Source of the DNA: a candidate division WWE3 bacterium CSP1-7
Lineage (GTDB): Bacteria; Patescibacteriota; WWE3; 9FT-COMBO-53-11
Length of the DNA: 64,000 nucleotides
Reading direction: 5' to 3'
Assembly (NCBI GenBank): GCA_001443395.1
Contig: LDXK01000001.1
Span: 64,001 to 128,000, forward strand
The position numbers and the translations under genes were made by a program. This document shows positions 30,401 through 41,700 of the stretch, piece by piece. The notes below the pieces were generated by a model. It saw only the letters and a program-made list of their open reading frames with translations, was not told where the DNA came from and searched no databases. Position 1 is the stretch's first letter. Each line of letters opens with the position of its first letter.

Positions 30401-31591
30401 TTACTTGATAACCTTGGAAACGACTCCCGCTCCCACTGTGTGCCCTCCTTCGCGAATTGCGAAGCGCACACCCTCTTCGAGAGCAATCGGCTGAATCAGT
30501 TTTGCCGTAACTTTGACGTTGTCACCCGGCATCACCATCTCCACCTCTTTGGGAAGAGTAACCTCGCCCGTTACATCGGTGGTCCGCAGGTAGAACTGCG
30601 GCCGATAGCCGGTGAAGAAAGGAGTGTGGCGCCCGCCTTCCTCTTTGGAGAGAACGTAGACCTCGGCCTCAAACTCGGTGTGGGGAGTAATCGAACCGGG
30701 AATCGCCACTACCTGACCGCGCTCGATATCGTCCCGCTCAATTCCGCGGAGAAGAAGACCGACGTTGTCACCGGCCTGAGCTTCATCCAACGATTTGCGA
30801 AACATCTCTACTCCGGTCACGACCGTCTTTTTTGTATCCTTTAGACCGACCAACTCAACTTCATCGTTTACCTTGATCTTGCCACGATCGACGCGACCGG
30901 TCGCAACTGTTCCTCGGCCCTTGATGGAGAAAACATCTTCCACCGGCATCAGGAAAGGTTTGTCCAGATCGCGTACCGGAGTGGGAATGTAGTCATCGAC
31001 TGCTTTCATTAACTCTTCGATGCTCTTGAGAGCCTCGGCGTCACCGTCGAGGGCTTTCAAGGCGGAACCACGAATCACCGGAACTTTGTCACCCGGGTAT
31101 TCGTACTTGCTCAGGAGCTCCCGAACCTCAACCTCCACCAGGTCGATTAGCTCCTTGTCGTCAACCATGTCCACTTTGTTGATGAAAACGACAATCGCCG
31201 GCACGTTCACCTGGTGCGCCAAAAGAATGTGCTCCCGGGTTTGCGGCATCGGGCCGTCCGGAGCAGAAACAACCAAAATCGCCCCATCCATCTGAGCGGC
31301 GCCGGTGATCATATTCTTAATGTAGTCGGCGTGTCCCGGAGCGTCGATGTGAGCGTAGTGGCGCTTCTCGGTTTCGTATTCGACGTGAGAAATGTTAATG
31401 GTAATCCCACGTTCCTTTTCCTCGGGAGATTTGTCGATATCTTCAAACTTATAAAACTCCGACATCCCCTTGGTGGAAAGGTATTTGGTGATGGCCGCGG
31501 TAAGGGTGGTCTTCCCGTGGTCAACGTGGCCGATTGTGCCCACGTTTACGTGGGGTTTGGTTCTTTCAAATTTCTTTGCTGCTTCTGCCAT
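30401..31591 (-). CDS. tuf: Elongation factor Tu
   Basis: [18 protein letters not shown] motifs. Confidence 0.99.
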   Translation of the reverse strand: MAEAAKKFERTKPHVNVGTIGHVDHGKTTLTAAITKYLSTKGMSEFYKFEDIDKSPEEKERGITINISHVEYETEKRHYAHIDAPGHADYIKNMITGAAQMDGAILVVSAPDGPMPQTREHILLAHQVNVPAIVVFINKVDMVDDKELIDLVEVEVRELLSKYEYPGDKVPVIRGSALKALDGDAEALKSIEELMKAVDDYIPTPVRDLDKPFLMPVEDVFSIKGRGTVATGRVDRGKIKVNDEVELVGLKDTKKTVVTGVEMFRKSLDEAQAGDNVGLLLRGIERDDIERGQVVAIPGSITPHTEFEAEVYVLSKEEGGRHTPFFTGYRPQFYLRTTDVTGEVTLPKEVEMVMPGDNVKVTAKLIQPIALEEGVRFAIREGGHTVGAGVVSKVIK

Positions 31592-31602
31592 TGGACTAGT
31601 AG

Positions 31603-31631
31603 ATGTTAGAGCTTAATGCTAAGTATGTCAA
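31603..31631 (-). promoter_or_regulatory. Sigma70-type promoter for tuf
   Basis: TTGACA (31631-31626), 17 nt spacer, TAACAT (31608-31603). Confidence 0.65.
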
Positions 31632-31693
31632 GCCCCTTGTTTCCCCCCAGAGATGATTTTCTGCGCCACGTTCTCCGGAACCTTCTCGTAATA
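31628..31693 (-). pseudogene. Orphan second copy of the fusA 3' end
   Basis: Reads YYEKVPENVAQKIISGGKQGA* versus fus[21 protein letters not shown]. Confidence 0.85.
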
Positions 31694-31758
31694 AGGCTTC
31701 TCGCTAACGCTCAGGAACCTTGTCCGCCTCTGGCGGATAAGGCTTCTCGCTAACGCTC
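31691..31758. repeat. 22-bp direct repeat (two copies) around a GC palindrome
   Basis: ATAAGGCTTCTCGCTAACGCTC at 31691-31712 and 31737-31758; tccgcc-tct-ggcgga between them. Confidence 0.85.
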
Positions 31759-31768
31759 GAAGACCATC

Positions 31769-33871
31769 TTACTCACGCTTCCCACCGGAAATGATTTTTG
31801 AGGCAACACTTTCCGGGACGCGTTCGTAATGAGATGGTTCAATGTTAAAAGTTCCTCTTCCCGATGTCAAGGAACGAATGGTAGTGGCGTAGCCAAAAAT
31901 TTCGGCCAGCGGCACAATTGCTTTGATGACCTGGGCATTGCCGCGCGAATCCGTTCCCTGGATCTGTGCCCGCCGGGAAGAGAGGTCCCCCATCGTTTCC
32001 CCCAGATATTGCTCGGGAATAATAACTTCAATTTTCATAATCGGCTCGAGCAGGACCGGCTTCCCCCGCCGGCATCCCTCCCGGGTAGCTTCGGAGGCGG
32101 CAATCTGGAAGGCAATATCGGAGGAATCCACCTCGTGAAAAGAACCATCGAACAGCGTCGCCCGCAGATCAATCATCGGATATCCGGCCAAAACTCCTTT
32201 GCCGAGAGCCTCTTTCACGCCTTTTTCGGAGGGCGGAATAAATTCGACCGGAATTGATCCACCCCGAATCGCATTCACAAATTCGAAACCGGATCCCGGG
32301 GGCAGCGGTTCGTACTTGAGGAAGACATGCCCGTATTGCCCTCTCCCCCCCGACTGGCGAATGTACTTACCCTCCTGCTCAACCATGGCGGTGATCGTTT
32401 CCTTGTAGGCCACCTGGGGAGCGCCGACGTTTGCCTCGACCCCGAATTCCCGTTTCATTCGGTCAACCAGAATCTCCAGGTGAAACTCCCCCATTCCCGA
32501 GATGAGAGTTTCCCCGGTTTCGTGGTTGGACGAAATCTTGAAAGTCGGGTCTTCTTCCGCCAGTTTCTTCATCGCCTCTCCTAACTTCTCCTGGTCGGCC
32601 TTGGTCTTGGGTTCGATCATCACCGAAATCACCGGTTCGGGGAAGGAAATGTTTTCCAAAATTATCGGGGATTTTTCGTCCGAAAGACTGTCGCCGGTGG
32701 TGGTCTGCGCCAAACCAACCGCTGCGCCAATCTCTCCCGCCCCAATCTCGGGAATCTCTTCGCGAGAGTTGGCGTGCATCAGGAGAATGCGGCTGATTCT
32801 CTCCTTGACACCCTTGGTGGCATTAAGAACGTAGGAACCGGAAGAAATTTTGCCAGAATAAACTCGAAAGAAAGTTAATCGACCGACAAACGGATCGGTT
32901 TGAACTTTGAAGGCCAGCGCTGCGAATGGTTCACTGGTGTCGGCTTTGTGGGTCGTTTTGTTTCCGGAAAAATCCAGCCCCTCCACCGCCGGCCGATCCA
33001 AAGGCGAGGGCAGGTAATCCACCACCGCATCCAAAACTTTTTGCACTCCTTTGTTGTGCAGGGAGGATCCGCAGAGAACCGGAAAAACCTGACCGGTAAG
33101 GGTCGCCCGACGCAGGGCTTCTTTCAGCTCTTCATCCGAAATCTCCTGCCCCGCCAGATATTTTTCCAAGAGCTGCTCGTCCTCTTCGGCAATCGCTTCA
33201 ATCGTTTTCGCCCGGTACTGGGCCATCTTTTCTTTGAATTCCTCCGGCACCTCCTCCTCAATGACATCCTCCCCCAACTTCCCCTCGAAGCGGTAGGCTT
33301 TCTGCGCCAGGACGTCGATCATCCCGGAAAAATCACCTTCCCGGCCAATAGGAAAATTCAGGACAACCGTCTTGGCGTTTAGTTTCTCTTTGATGGAGGC
33401 AAGATCCTCATCAAAATCGGCCCCGATCTTGTCCATCTTGTTGATAAAACAGATCCGCGGAATGTTGTACTTGTCGGCCTGCCGCCAAACTTTTTCGGAT
33501 TGGGGCTCAACTCCTTCCTTTCCATCAAAAACCACCACCGCCCCATCCAAGACTCGGAGGGAACGCTCCACCTCCGCCGTAAAATCGACATGGCCGGGAG
33601 TGTCGATAATGTTAATCCGGCAGTCCCGCCAAAAAGTGGTTGTGGCCGCGGCGGTAATCGTTACCCCCCGCTCCCGTTCCTGGACCATCCAGTCCATCAC
33701 TGCCGCCCCCTCGTGGACCTCGCCGATCTTATAGGTCCGACCGGTGTAATAGAGGAACCGCTCGGTTGTGGTCGTTTTACCCGCATCGATATGGGCGATG
33801 ATCCCGATGTTTCGAACCTTATCGAGCGCCGCTTTGAATCCTATCTTATGTGAAAGTTTTTCTTCAACCAT
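31769..33871 (-). CDS. fusA: Elongation factor G
   Basis: [22 protein letters not shown] motifs; start likely ATG 33871. Confidence 0.98.
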   Translation of the reverse strand: MVEEKLSHKIGFKAALDKVRNIGIIAHIDAGKTTTTERFLYYTGRTYKIGEVHEGAAVMDWMVQERERGVTITAAATTTFWRDCRINIIDTPGHVDFTAEVERSLRVLDGAVVVFDGKEGVEPQSEKVWRQADKYNIPRICFINKMDKIGADFDEDLASIKEKLNAKTVVLNFPIGREGDFSGMIDVLAQKAYRFEGKLGEDVIEEEVPEEFKEKMAQYRAKTIEAIAEEDEQLLEKYLAGQEISDEELKEALRRATLTGQVFPVLCGSSLHNKGVQKVLDAVVDYLPSPLDRPAVEGLDFSGNKTTHKADTSEPFAALAFKVQTDPFVGRLTFFRVYSGKISSGSYVLNATKGVKERISRILLMHANSREEIPEIGAGEIGAAVGLAQTTTGDSLSDEKSPIILENISFPEPVISVMIEPKTKADQEKLGEAMKKLAEEDPTFKISSNHETGETLISGMGEFHLEILVDRMKREFGVEANVGAPQVAYKETITAMVEQEGKYIRQSGGRGQYGHVFLKYEPLPPGSGFEFVNAIRGGSIPVEFIPPSEKGVKEALGKGVLAGYPMIDLRATLFDGSFHEVDSSDIAFQIAASEATREGCRRGKPVLLEPIMKIEVIIPEQYLGETMGDLSSRRAQIQGTDSRGNAQVIKAIVPLAEIFGYATTIRSLTSGRGTFNIEPSHYERVPESVASKIISGGKRE

Positions 33872-33906
33872 GATTTGGACGCGATTCTTTCGAATCGCTA
33901 ACAATC
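33872..33906. repeat. GAC/TAG hairpin element, copy 11 (TAA variant)
   Basis: gatttg-GAC-g-cgattc-tttc-gaatcg-c-TAA-caatc. Confidence 0.8.
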
Positions 33907-34004
33907 TCATTCCATTCGATTGAACGAATCATCTTACCAGAGCCAGGATAACGGAGCAACCGGCAAAATAGCAAACGACTAGACGCAGGATTTAAACTAA
34001 GAAG

Positions 34005-34913
34005 ATGATCTACACTCCCAAACGGCTCCAAAATCTCTATCTCTGGCAGGAGAAAAATCTGCGAATTGGTCGGGTCCTAAATCTTCCGAGCTATTCCGTT
34101 CGGAAAAAGAAATTTATTTCTTCAAAGGAGGGAAGAAAATTCTTAAGCTATCGCACCAAAAAAATCACCGACCTTAACGGCGTCGCCGTTTGGTTGGTAG
34201 ACGGAATTGCGATCCGCAGCGGACTAAAAGCCGGTGATATTGATTTCACTATGGGCGGGCACGGCTATCGCTACCTTTACATCCCCGAAAAGGAAATCTG
34301 GATTGACAACGCCAACGCCCACCGCGGCGATCTTGAACCGGTCATCTGGCACGAGTACCTCGAACGCAAGCTAATGAAAGGGGGAATGGGTTATGACGGT
34401 GCCCACACCATCGCTTCGGACCTGGAAATTACTCTCCGCGAGGGAACTTATTTTGTTCTCCCGGTCGGCACCTTCCGCCAAACCGCCGGGTTCTGCGGCC
34501 CGGCCGCTCTAAAAATCGTCCTCAATTACCACCAAATTCCTGCTACCGAAAAAAAGCTTTCCCAACTTTGCCGAACCACAAAAGCCGGCACCGATCCGCA
34601 AAATATTGTCGCCGCCGCCCAGAAATTCGGACTCTCAGCTTATCAAAAAGAAAATATGACGGTCGAGGAAGTCAAGAAAATCATCAGAGGAGGAAATCCC
34701 GTCATCGCCAACTTTCAGCTCAAGCCGGAAAAGGGTGAAGGGCACTACGCCGTCATCGTGGGTTACAGTCGAAACACTTTTATCCTCTCCGATCCGCAGG
34801 AGGATCAGGGCTACCGCGAAGTTGGGATCAAAAATTTTATGAGTCTCTGGTACGAACTCGAAGACAAAACCGTTCGGCAAGGGATTGTGTTAAAACCACA
34901 AAAGGGATTGTAA
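34005..34913 (+). CDS. Fusion of an HExxE/H domain and a C39-like cysteine peptidase
   Basis: WHEYLER...AH in the N-domain; QTAGFCGPAAL...GHY...SDP (C/H/D triad) in the C-domain. Confidence 0.75.
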   Translation: MIYTPKRLQNLYLWQEKNLRIGRVLNLPSYSVRKKKFISSKEGRKFLSYRTKKITDLNGVAVWLVDGIAIRSGLKAGDIDFTMGGHGYRYLYIPEKEIWIDNANAHRGDLEPVIWHEYLERKLMKGGMGYDGAHTIASDLEITLREGTYFVLPVGTFRQTAGFCGPAALKIVLNYHQIPATEKKLSQLCRTTKAGTDPQNIVAAAQKFGLSAYQKENMTVEEVKKIIRGGNPVIANFQLKPEKGEGHYAVIVGYSRNTFILSDPQEDQGYREVGIKNFMSLWYELEDKTVRQGIVLKPQKGL

Positions 34914-34964
34914 TTGGTGAAAAGTGAATTAAAATAAAGACAAAACCAAGATAAGGAGGGAGAG

Positions 34965-35987
34965 ATGGCGAAAAACGCTAGGGTCTTTCAGCCGCCGAGC
35001 CTTGCTGACCTTTATAGGAAGCATGAAAGCCTGCGAGTTTGGCGCGTCAAAAGCCTGAAGCGGCACCACGAGAAGAGCCGCCGCCTCCGTCAGCGCCGCA
35101 ACTTCAAGCGCTATCGCATCCGGATAATCGCCCGCCTACCGGGGGTAACCGTCTGGAGCATAGACGCGGATGCCCTTCGCGAAGGACTGGAAAAAGGCGA
35201 TGTGGATTTCACGATGGGCGGGCACGGATACACCCACCTCTATATCCCCCCAAATGAAATCTGGATCGCCAACGACCTACGGCGGCGTTCTGTCGTGCCG
35301 ACAATCTGGCACGAATACTTTGAACGGTTGCTGATGCGCGGGGGGATGCACTACAACACCGCCCACTCCCTCGCCTCTCGGCTGGAAATCACTCATCGGG
35401 AGGGAACCTACTTTGTTCTGCCGGTCGGAACTCATCACCAGAGAGAAGATGGCTTCTGCTTGCCGGCGACGCTCAAGATCTACCTAAGCTATCTGGGCCG
35501 GAACTTCTCCGAAGGACACCTTGCTCGGCTCTGCAAAACCACGGTCGAAAATGGCACCGATCCGATCAACGTCGTCACCGCGGTGCGCCGCCTTGGTTTC
35601 AGGGTCCAACATCGGGGCCGACCGCTGATGCTTCGGGAAATTCAGCGTTACTGCTCGGCCGCCGGAGCCAAGGGCAAGGAAAGGAAAGAGCTGACCAATC
35701 AAGTTCGCCGGCAAGCGGGCACCGTTCGGGTCCATCAAGCCTGGACCGCCGCGGAAGTCAAGAAGTCCCTCAAAAAGGGGCGGCCGGTCCTCGCCAACAT
35801 CCAACTTAGCCGGGAGTACAAAAGCGGGCACTATCTAGTGGTCATCGGCTACACCAGCAACACCTTCGTCGTCAGTGACCCGAACGACGATAACGGTTAC
35901 CGGGAAATCCCGATCCCCGAGTTCATGAAGCTCTGGTATGAACTTGAGGACGGCACCGTTCGCGAAGGTTTTACAATCTCGTCTTAG
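34965..35987 (+). CDS. Paralogous HExxE/H domain plus C39-like peptidase fusion
   Basis: DFTMGGHGY, WHEYFER, QREDGFCLPATL, GHY, SDP, LWYELED motifs shared with the upstream gene. Confidence 0.75.
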   Translation: MAKNARVFQPPSLADLYRKHESLRVWRVKSLKRHHEKSRRLRQRRNFKRYRIRIIARLPGVTVWSIDADALREGLEKGDVDFTMGGHGYTHLYIPPNEIWIANDLRRRSVVPTIWHEYFERLLMRGGMHYNTAHSLASRLEITHREGTYFVLPVGTHHQREDGFCLPATLKIYLSYLGRNFSEGHLARLCKTTVENGTDPINVVTAVRRLGFRVQHRGRPLMLREIQRYCSAAGAKGKERKELTNQVRRQAGTVRVHQAWTAAEVKKSLKKGRPVLANIQLSREYKSGHYLVVIGYTSNTFVVSDPNDDNGYREIPIPEFMKLWYELEDGTVREGFTISS

Positions 35988-35990
35988 CGA

Positions 35991-36023
35991 GATTGCTAGG
36001 TTCGCGAAGCGATCCGTCCGATC
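35991..36023. repeat. GAC/TAG hairpin element, copy 12
   Basis: gattg-CTA-g-gttcgc-gaa-gcgatc-c-GTC-cgatc. Confidence 0.82.
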
Positions 36024-36031
36024 TTCAACTG

Positions 36032-36067
36032 AACCCCCAACTTGGGATGCCAAGCTGGGGGTTTTTA
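36032..36067 (+). terminator. Intrinsic terminator
   Basis: aacccccaacttgg...ccaagctgggggtt followed by a T run. Confidence 0.75.
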
Positions 36068-36110
36068 TTGACCAATTCTGCTACATTTATTCCAGGGAGG
36101 TGATTAATCA

Positions 36111-36311
36111 ATGATGTTTTTTGGCAGTCTACTAATTCTGTTGGGAGGTTTTTGGCTCTTGAGCAACCTGGGAATAATCTCGGCCGAGTTCTGGCAGGTC
36201 TTTTGGCCCACGATTGTCATTCTCTTGGGAGTCAAACTCTTGTTCGGGCCCTCCAAGTGGAAGAAGTTTTGGACCCAATTCGAAGACGGGAAAAAAATTA
36301 AGATCGAATAG
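36111..36311 (+). CDS. LiaI/LiaF-like (DUF5668) small membrane protein
   Basis: GSLLILLG...LSNLG...WP...LG pattern; GGGAGGTG SD. Confidence 0.75.
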   Translation: MMFFGSLLILLGGFWLLSNLGIISAEFWQVFWPTIVILLGVKLLFGPSKWKKFWTQFEDGKKIKIE

Positions 36312-36317
36312 CCTCGC

Positions 36318-36812
36318 TCAAGCCGCCGGGACTTTAAAGATCAGCCCCACCACATAGCCAATTAGGGCGGCGGCTATGCCGATCAACGTAATCTTTAATC
36401 CCTCGAGTCCGAGATTCAAACCGATTACCCGGGCTTTGTAAATTCCGAGAAGAAAAAGAAAGATGGCCGAAATGAGAACGGCAACTTTTATCCCTAGAGA
36501 AATCGGAAAAAAAGCAAAAGGGAGAATGGGAATTATCGAGCCAAAGATCGCGGAAACACCCACAATCAGCGCGTCGGTTAGCGCGTGAGATCCTGTCATC
36601 GAAGAGGTGTAGGCCACCGCGGCCATCGAAAAAGATTCCGCAAAGGTCGCGGCTAATCCCGCCGCCAAGACGATTCGAGTATCTCCCGAAGCCGCCGCCA
36701 CACCCAGGGTCACCCCCAAAACATTCACCAGTCCGTCCTGACCGCCGAGAATGATGTCCCGAAGATCGAGCTGGCGGTGTTTGAGTTCTCCCAAGCGGGA
36801 AATTTTAGTCAT
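36318..36812 (-). CDS. VIT1/CCC1-family transporter
   Basis: DIILGGQDGLV...SMA motif. Confidence 0.88.
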   Translation of the reverse strand: MTKISRLGELKHRQLDLRDIILGGQDGLVNVLGVTLGVAAASGDTRIVLAAGLAATFAESFSMAAVAYTSSMTGSHALTDALIVGVSAIFGSIIPILPFAFFPISLGIKVAVLISAIFLFLLGIYKARVIGLNLGLEGLKITLIGIAAALIGYVVGLIFKVPAA

Positions 36813-37309
36813 TTCAAGTTCCTCTCCCCCGCGGCGATCGGCACCTTCAGCCAGTTCTCCACCGGAGGCAGAGGACAGGAGTAGCCCGAGCTGTAGGCGC
36901 AGTAGGGGTTGTAGGCATAATTGAAATCGAGCTCAAACTTCCCATCTTTCTCCTCTACCTCCAGGTAACGACCGGCGCCGTAGGTTTCTTTGCCTGAGGT
37001 CGCGTCGCGAAAGGGCAGGAAAAAAGAACCACTGGCAGCTTGGTAGAGGGTGATTTGAACCGGCTGGCCCTCGACCGAAAAACCAAGTTTCCCAATCCGC
37101 TTGAAGATCTTTTTCTCCCCGGAGGAAGTTTCAAATTCGAGCTCCTCTTCCGGAACTCGGGCCAGCGGAACGAGAAAACGCAGTTTCGGATCATCCGGAA
37201 AATATTTCAAACCCGCAAAGGAAGTCCGTTCCTCGACCGGAATTGGCGATTCGGTCCCGGTTTTTAAAAATTCGTCTTTGCGTTTGCGAAATTCCAACAG
37301 ACTTTCCAT
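36809..37309 (-). CDS. DUF1684-family protein
   Basis: FRDATSGKETYGAGRY, LDFNYAYNPYCAY...CPLPP motifs. Confidence 0.9.
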   Translation of the reverse strand: MESLLEFRKRKDEFLKTGTESPIPVEERTSFAGLKYFPDDPKLRFLVPLARVPEEELEFETSSGEKKIFKRIGKLGFSVEGQPVQITLYQAASGSFFLPFRDATSGKETYGAGRYLEVEEKDGKFELDFNYAYNPYCAYSSGYSCPLPPVENWLKVPIAAGERNLK

Positions 37310-37350
37310 ATCCTAACTCTAGCAAAGCCAAAGATAGGTTGGGTGATAGA

Positions 37351-37716
37351 ATGACCCTTGTGATTAGCTTTATTCGCCTCGCAAAATCCTTCCGCCACGC
37401 CTGGCGCGGACTCGTTCACACGCTATTTTTCCATCAGAATCTGAGAATTCACTTGGTGGCGGCGGTTATCACCGCCGCACTCGGACTCTATTTTCAGATA
37501 TCTTCCCGAGAGTGGTTTGGCATTCTGGTTGCCATCTTCTTGGTCCTGGTGGCGGAGATGATCAACACCTCTTTGGAGGAGATAATCAACCTAGTGAGAG
37601 AGGATCACCACGAAAAAGCCCGCATTGCCAAGGACGTCTCGGCGGGAATGGTGCTTTTGGCGACGATCTTTGCCGTCCTAGTGGGATTGGCTGTCTTTCT
37701 ACCCCGAGTATTCTAA
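37351..37716 (+). CDS. dgkA: Diacylglycerol/undecaprenol kinase, DgkA family
   Basis: EMINTSLEE, AKDVSAG motifs. Confidence 0.88.
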   Translation: MTLVISFIRLAKSFRHAWRGLVHTLFFHQNLRIHLVAAVITAALGLYFQISSREWFGILVAIFLVLVAEMINTSLEEIINLVREDHHEKARIAKDVSAGMVLLATIFAVLVGLAVFLPRVF

Positions 37717-37782
37717 AGAGTTACCAACGGAAATAAGACTATTCGCGAAAGCTCATAGATCATCTTTCCTCGATGACTAGCG

Positions 37783-38253
37783 TCACCAGCGGAAATGGGC
37801 AAAGGCGCGGTTGGCGTCGGCGATCCGGTGAACTTCCTCCTTCTTCTTGACGGCCGCTCCTTCGTTGTTGTAGGCCGCCGTTAACTCCTGAGCCAGCCGC
37901 TCCGCCAACGGGCTGCCCTTTTTGCTCCGGGCGGAGTTTACGAGCCAACGAATGGCGAGCGCCTGCGCCCGTTCCGTCCGAACCTGAGTGGGAACCTGGT
38001 AGGTTGCTCCCCCCACCCGGCGGGAACGAACCTCCAACTGCGGAGTAACGTTGGTCACCGCCTGGGTCAGAACCAGAAGCGGCTCGGCCCCCAGAGCCTG
38101 CGCCGCCTTGTCCATCGCTTGGTAGACCGCGGCCTGGGCCGTGGCCTTTCGGCCGCTCAACATAATTTGGTTGGTGAATTTTGCCACAACCGTGGAACCA
38201 AAGCGGTAATCCGATTCCAGCTGTCTTTTTCGGACCGGGCCTCCTCTAGGCAT
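37783..38253 (-). CDS. rpsG: 30S ribosomal protein S7
   Basis: [21 protein letters not shown] motifs. Confidence 0.97.
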   Translation of the reverse strand: MPRGGPVRKRQLESDYRFGSTVVAKFTNQIMLSGRKATAQAAVYQAMDKAAQALGAEPLLVLTQAVTNVTPQLEVRSRRVGGATYQVPTQVRTERAQALAIRWLVNSARSKKGSPLAERLAQELTAAYNNEGAAVKKKEEVHRIADANRAFAHFRW

Positions 38254-38731
38254 TTGCTTCTCCTTCCGCACTCGCTGCTACCGGCTCGGGTGCCGCAGTC
38301 GCCGGCTGCGGTCGACTTCCTTCTGCGACCCTCTTGGCCCCATAGATGGAGCGGCTGGTCCGACGGCCTTCCACCCCCGCCGTGTCAAAAACACCCCGGA
38401 CAATCGTGTACTTGATTCCCGGCAAATCCTTGACCTTCCCGCCCCGCACCATCACGATCGAGTGTTCCGCCAGATTGTGGCCCTCACCGGGGATATAGGA
38501 CGTGACTTCCCGCCCATTCGAGAGGCGAACCCGCGCCACCTTGCGAAGCGCAGAATTAGGTTTCTTGGGAGTCATCGTCCTCACCTGCAAAACCACCGCT
38601 CTCTTAAAAGGAGAGTTCGCGACCTTCTTGCGCCGGCGGAGCGAGGAATAGATCTCCGCCAGAGCCGGGGCTTTGGTTTTGTGGGCAATCTTTTTTCTCC
38701 CCTTTTTGATGAGCTGTTGAACCGTTGGCAT
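38246..38731 (-). CDS. rpsL: 30S ribosomal protein S12
   Basis: [16 protein letters not shown] motifs. Confidence 0.98.
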   Translation of the reverse strand: MPTVQQLIKKGRKKIAHKTKAPALAEIYSSLRRRKKVANSPFKRAVVLQVRTMTPKKPNSALRKVARVRLSNGREVTSYIPGEGHNLAEHSIVMVRGGKVKDLPGIKYTIVRGVFDTAGVEGRRTSRSIYGAKRVAEGSRPQPATAAPEPVAASAEGEANA

Positions 38732-41700
38732 CTATTTTGCCTCCTTCTTCACCTTCTCCTCCTTCTTCTTCTCTTTGAGTTGCGATCTCTCTCCGGTTGG
38801 GATCAACCGACCCACAATGACGCTCTCCTTTAATCCTAAGAGATTATCAACCTTTCCCGCGGCCGCTGCTTCCGTCAGGATTCGCGTTGTCTCCATGAAA
38901 GAGGCCGCCGAAAGCCAGGAATCGGTCTTGAGAGAAGAACGGGTAATTCCCAACAGGACCGGTTCTCCGACCGCCCGCTTTGATCCCTTGGAAAGCTCAT
39001 CATTCGCCTTCTCCAGTTGGATCTTGGTGATGATTTCTTCAGGAATAAATTCGGTATCTCCGGGGTCGGTGATCCGCAACTTGTTGAACATCTGCCGGAC
39101 AATCACTTCCAAATGAATATCATCCAATGAAATCCCCTGGCCGGAGTAAACCTTGAGAATCTCATTCACCAAATATTTCTGGGTGGAGAGGATCCCACGG
39201 ACGCCCAAAATTTTCTTCGGATCGAGGTACCCCTCGGTGAGCTGGACGCCGGCTTCCACCTTCTCACCATCCTTCACCAGAATGTTGCGGCCCACCGGAA
39301 CGTCAAACTGCATTGCCCCCTCCTTGCCGGTAAGGAAGACCTTCCGGGAATCTCCTTCTTCCGAAACCGAGATCTTTCCGGCGTAGGGAGCCACGTTCGC
39401 TTCGAATTTTGGTGTCCGGGCCTCGAAAACCTCCTCGATCCTCGGCAAACCTTGGGTGATGTCTTTACTGGCGGCGATTCCACCCATGTGTTTTGTCCGC
39501 AGAGTTAACTGCGTTCCCGGCTCCCCAATTGACTGAGCGGCCACTATCCCGACGGGAGTCCCTATCGCTGCCGGCCGGTTACGCCCCAGATCCAAACCGT
39601 AACAGGACGCGCAAACTCCGTGAAGACTTTCACAGGTAAGCGGGGAACGAATCTTGACTTCCGTAATTCCAGACTTTTCAATCGCCTCCGCCGCGAGGGC
39701 ATCAATGAGTTCATTTTTCTTCACCAAAACCTTGCTGCGAATCTTGATATCTTCCGCCGCAACTCGCCCATTCAAGCGACGTGAGAAAGTAATCAAGAAC
39801 GTTTCTTCCTCTTTGGCGAGGGAGATGGAGTTCTTTGTTTTGCAATCAGCTTCTCGAATCAAAACGTCCTGGGCAACATCCACCAACCTCCGCGTGAGGT
39901 AACCGGCGTCGGCGGTCCGCAGCGCCGTGTCCACCAGTCCCTTGCGGGCCCCGCGAGCCCCCACGAAATATTCGAAGCTGGTTAAACCCTCCCGATAGTT
40001 GGAGCGGATCGGTAGTTCGACCACTTTTCCGGTCGGATCCACGACATGGCCCCGCATTCCCGAAATCTGCTTCACTTGGTCCCGAGTGGCCCGCGCCGCT
40101 CCCGAACCGATAATTAGTTTGATCGGGTTGTCTTCCCCAAGAGCATTCCAAGCCAAATCATCTAAAACATTGGTGGCCTCACTCCAAACCACCCGGGAAA
40201 GCTCTTTTCTCTCAGAATCGGTGATCAATCCCCGCCGGAAGTTTTGGTCGATTTCGGATACCTTCTTTTCGGCATCGGCCAAAACCTTGGGCTTTTCAGA
40301 TGGGATAATTCCGTCAAAAGCCGAGATGGAAGCGCCCGAATAAGTAGCGTAATGGAAACCAAGATGCTTGATCGCATCCACCAGATCGGCGACCACCTGA
40401 TCCTCCGATTTTACCAATGCCTGAGAGATAAAATCTTTGGCTTCCTTTGCGCCCACTTTGCCATTATAAAAACGAAGGAAATCCGGCAAAACCGAGTTGA
40501 GGATTACCCGCCCCACGGTAGTCACTAGGATCTGCTCCCCCACCATAACCTTGATTTTCTCGCGGAGAACAATCTTTTCAAGATCGTAGGCAATGATTGC
40601 CTCCTGTTCACTGCTAAAGACCTTGAAATCCTCTTCCTTTCGCGTCTCCTCTTCGACCGGGATGCTGGTCAGATAGTAAGTGCCCAAAACCTGTTCCTTG
40701 TTGGGAAAAGCAATCGGTTCACCGGTCGCGGGACGGAGAAGATTGTTCGTCGAAATCATCAGCGCCTTTACTTCCGCAATCGCTCTCTTTGAAATCGGAA
40801 GGTGGACCGCCATCGCGTCACCATCAAAATCGGCGTTGAATCCGGCACAAACCGCCGGGTGCAGTTGGATCGCGGAGCCATCCACTAAAATCGGATAAAA
40901 ACCAAGGATAGAGAGACGGTGCAGGGAAGGGGCTCGATTCAGCAAAACCGGATGATCCACCACCAGTTGTTCAAGGATTTCCCAAACTTCGTCGGAACGC
41001 TCTTCCAAATAGGCCTTGGCACTTCTGAGATTGGAAGCGGATCCCCGCAGGAGAATTTCCCGGAGCACATGGGGCTTCCAAAGCTCCAGAGCCATTTCCC
41101 GAGGAATTCCCACTTGATTGAGTTTCAAATAGGGACCGACAACAATCACGGAACGCCCGGAGTAGTCCACTCGCTTTCCGAGCAAATTTTGACGGAAGCG
41201 ACCCTGTTTTCCGGATAGAAGATCGGCAAACGACCGCAGGGTCTTTTTGCCCCGCCGCACCTTGCCGCGGCGCGCCTTGGAAGAATCGATTAGGGCATCA
41301 ACGGCCTCCTGTAGCATCCGTTTTTCGTTACGGACAATAATTTCGGGAGCGCCTAGCTCTAGCAACTGGCGCAAGCGGTTATTGCGATTGATCACGGTCC
41401 GATAAAGATCGTTTAGATCGGAGGTTGCGAACCTTCCTCCCTCCAACTGGACCATCGGTCGCAGATCCGGCGGGATCACCGGCAAGACCGTCAGGATGAA
41501 CCAAGCCGGCTCCACTCCGGCATTCTTGAGTCCTTCCACAATTCGCAAACGCCGGCGGGCCCAGACCCCTCGCTCCCCCTTGCTCTCGTGGACAACCTTG
41601 CGCAGCTGGAGCGAAATCTTGCCCAGATCAACTAGGGCCAGGGCCCGGCGAATCGCTTCCGCCCCCATCATCACTTCGGAAAATTCCTTTAGATAAGGCA

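Noticed and set aside
31691-31758. Possible mini-CRISPR array
   Set aside because: Only two 22-bp repeats with a 24-bp palindromic spacer and no cas operon; better explained as a repeat scar.
33872-33910. N-terminal extensions of fusA, rpsK, rpsH, rplX, ruvX and alaS in the ORF track
   Set aside because: They come from upstream in-frame starts that run through repeats or neighbouring genes; homology begins at downstream ATGs.
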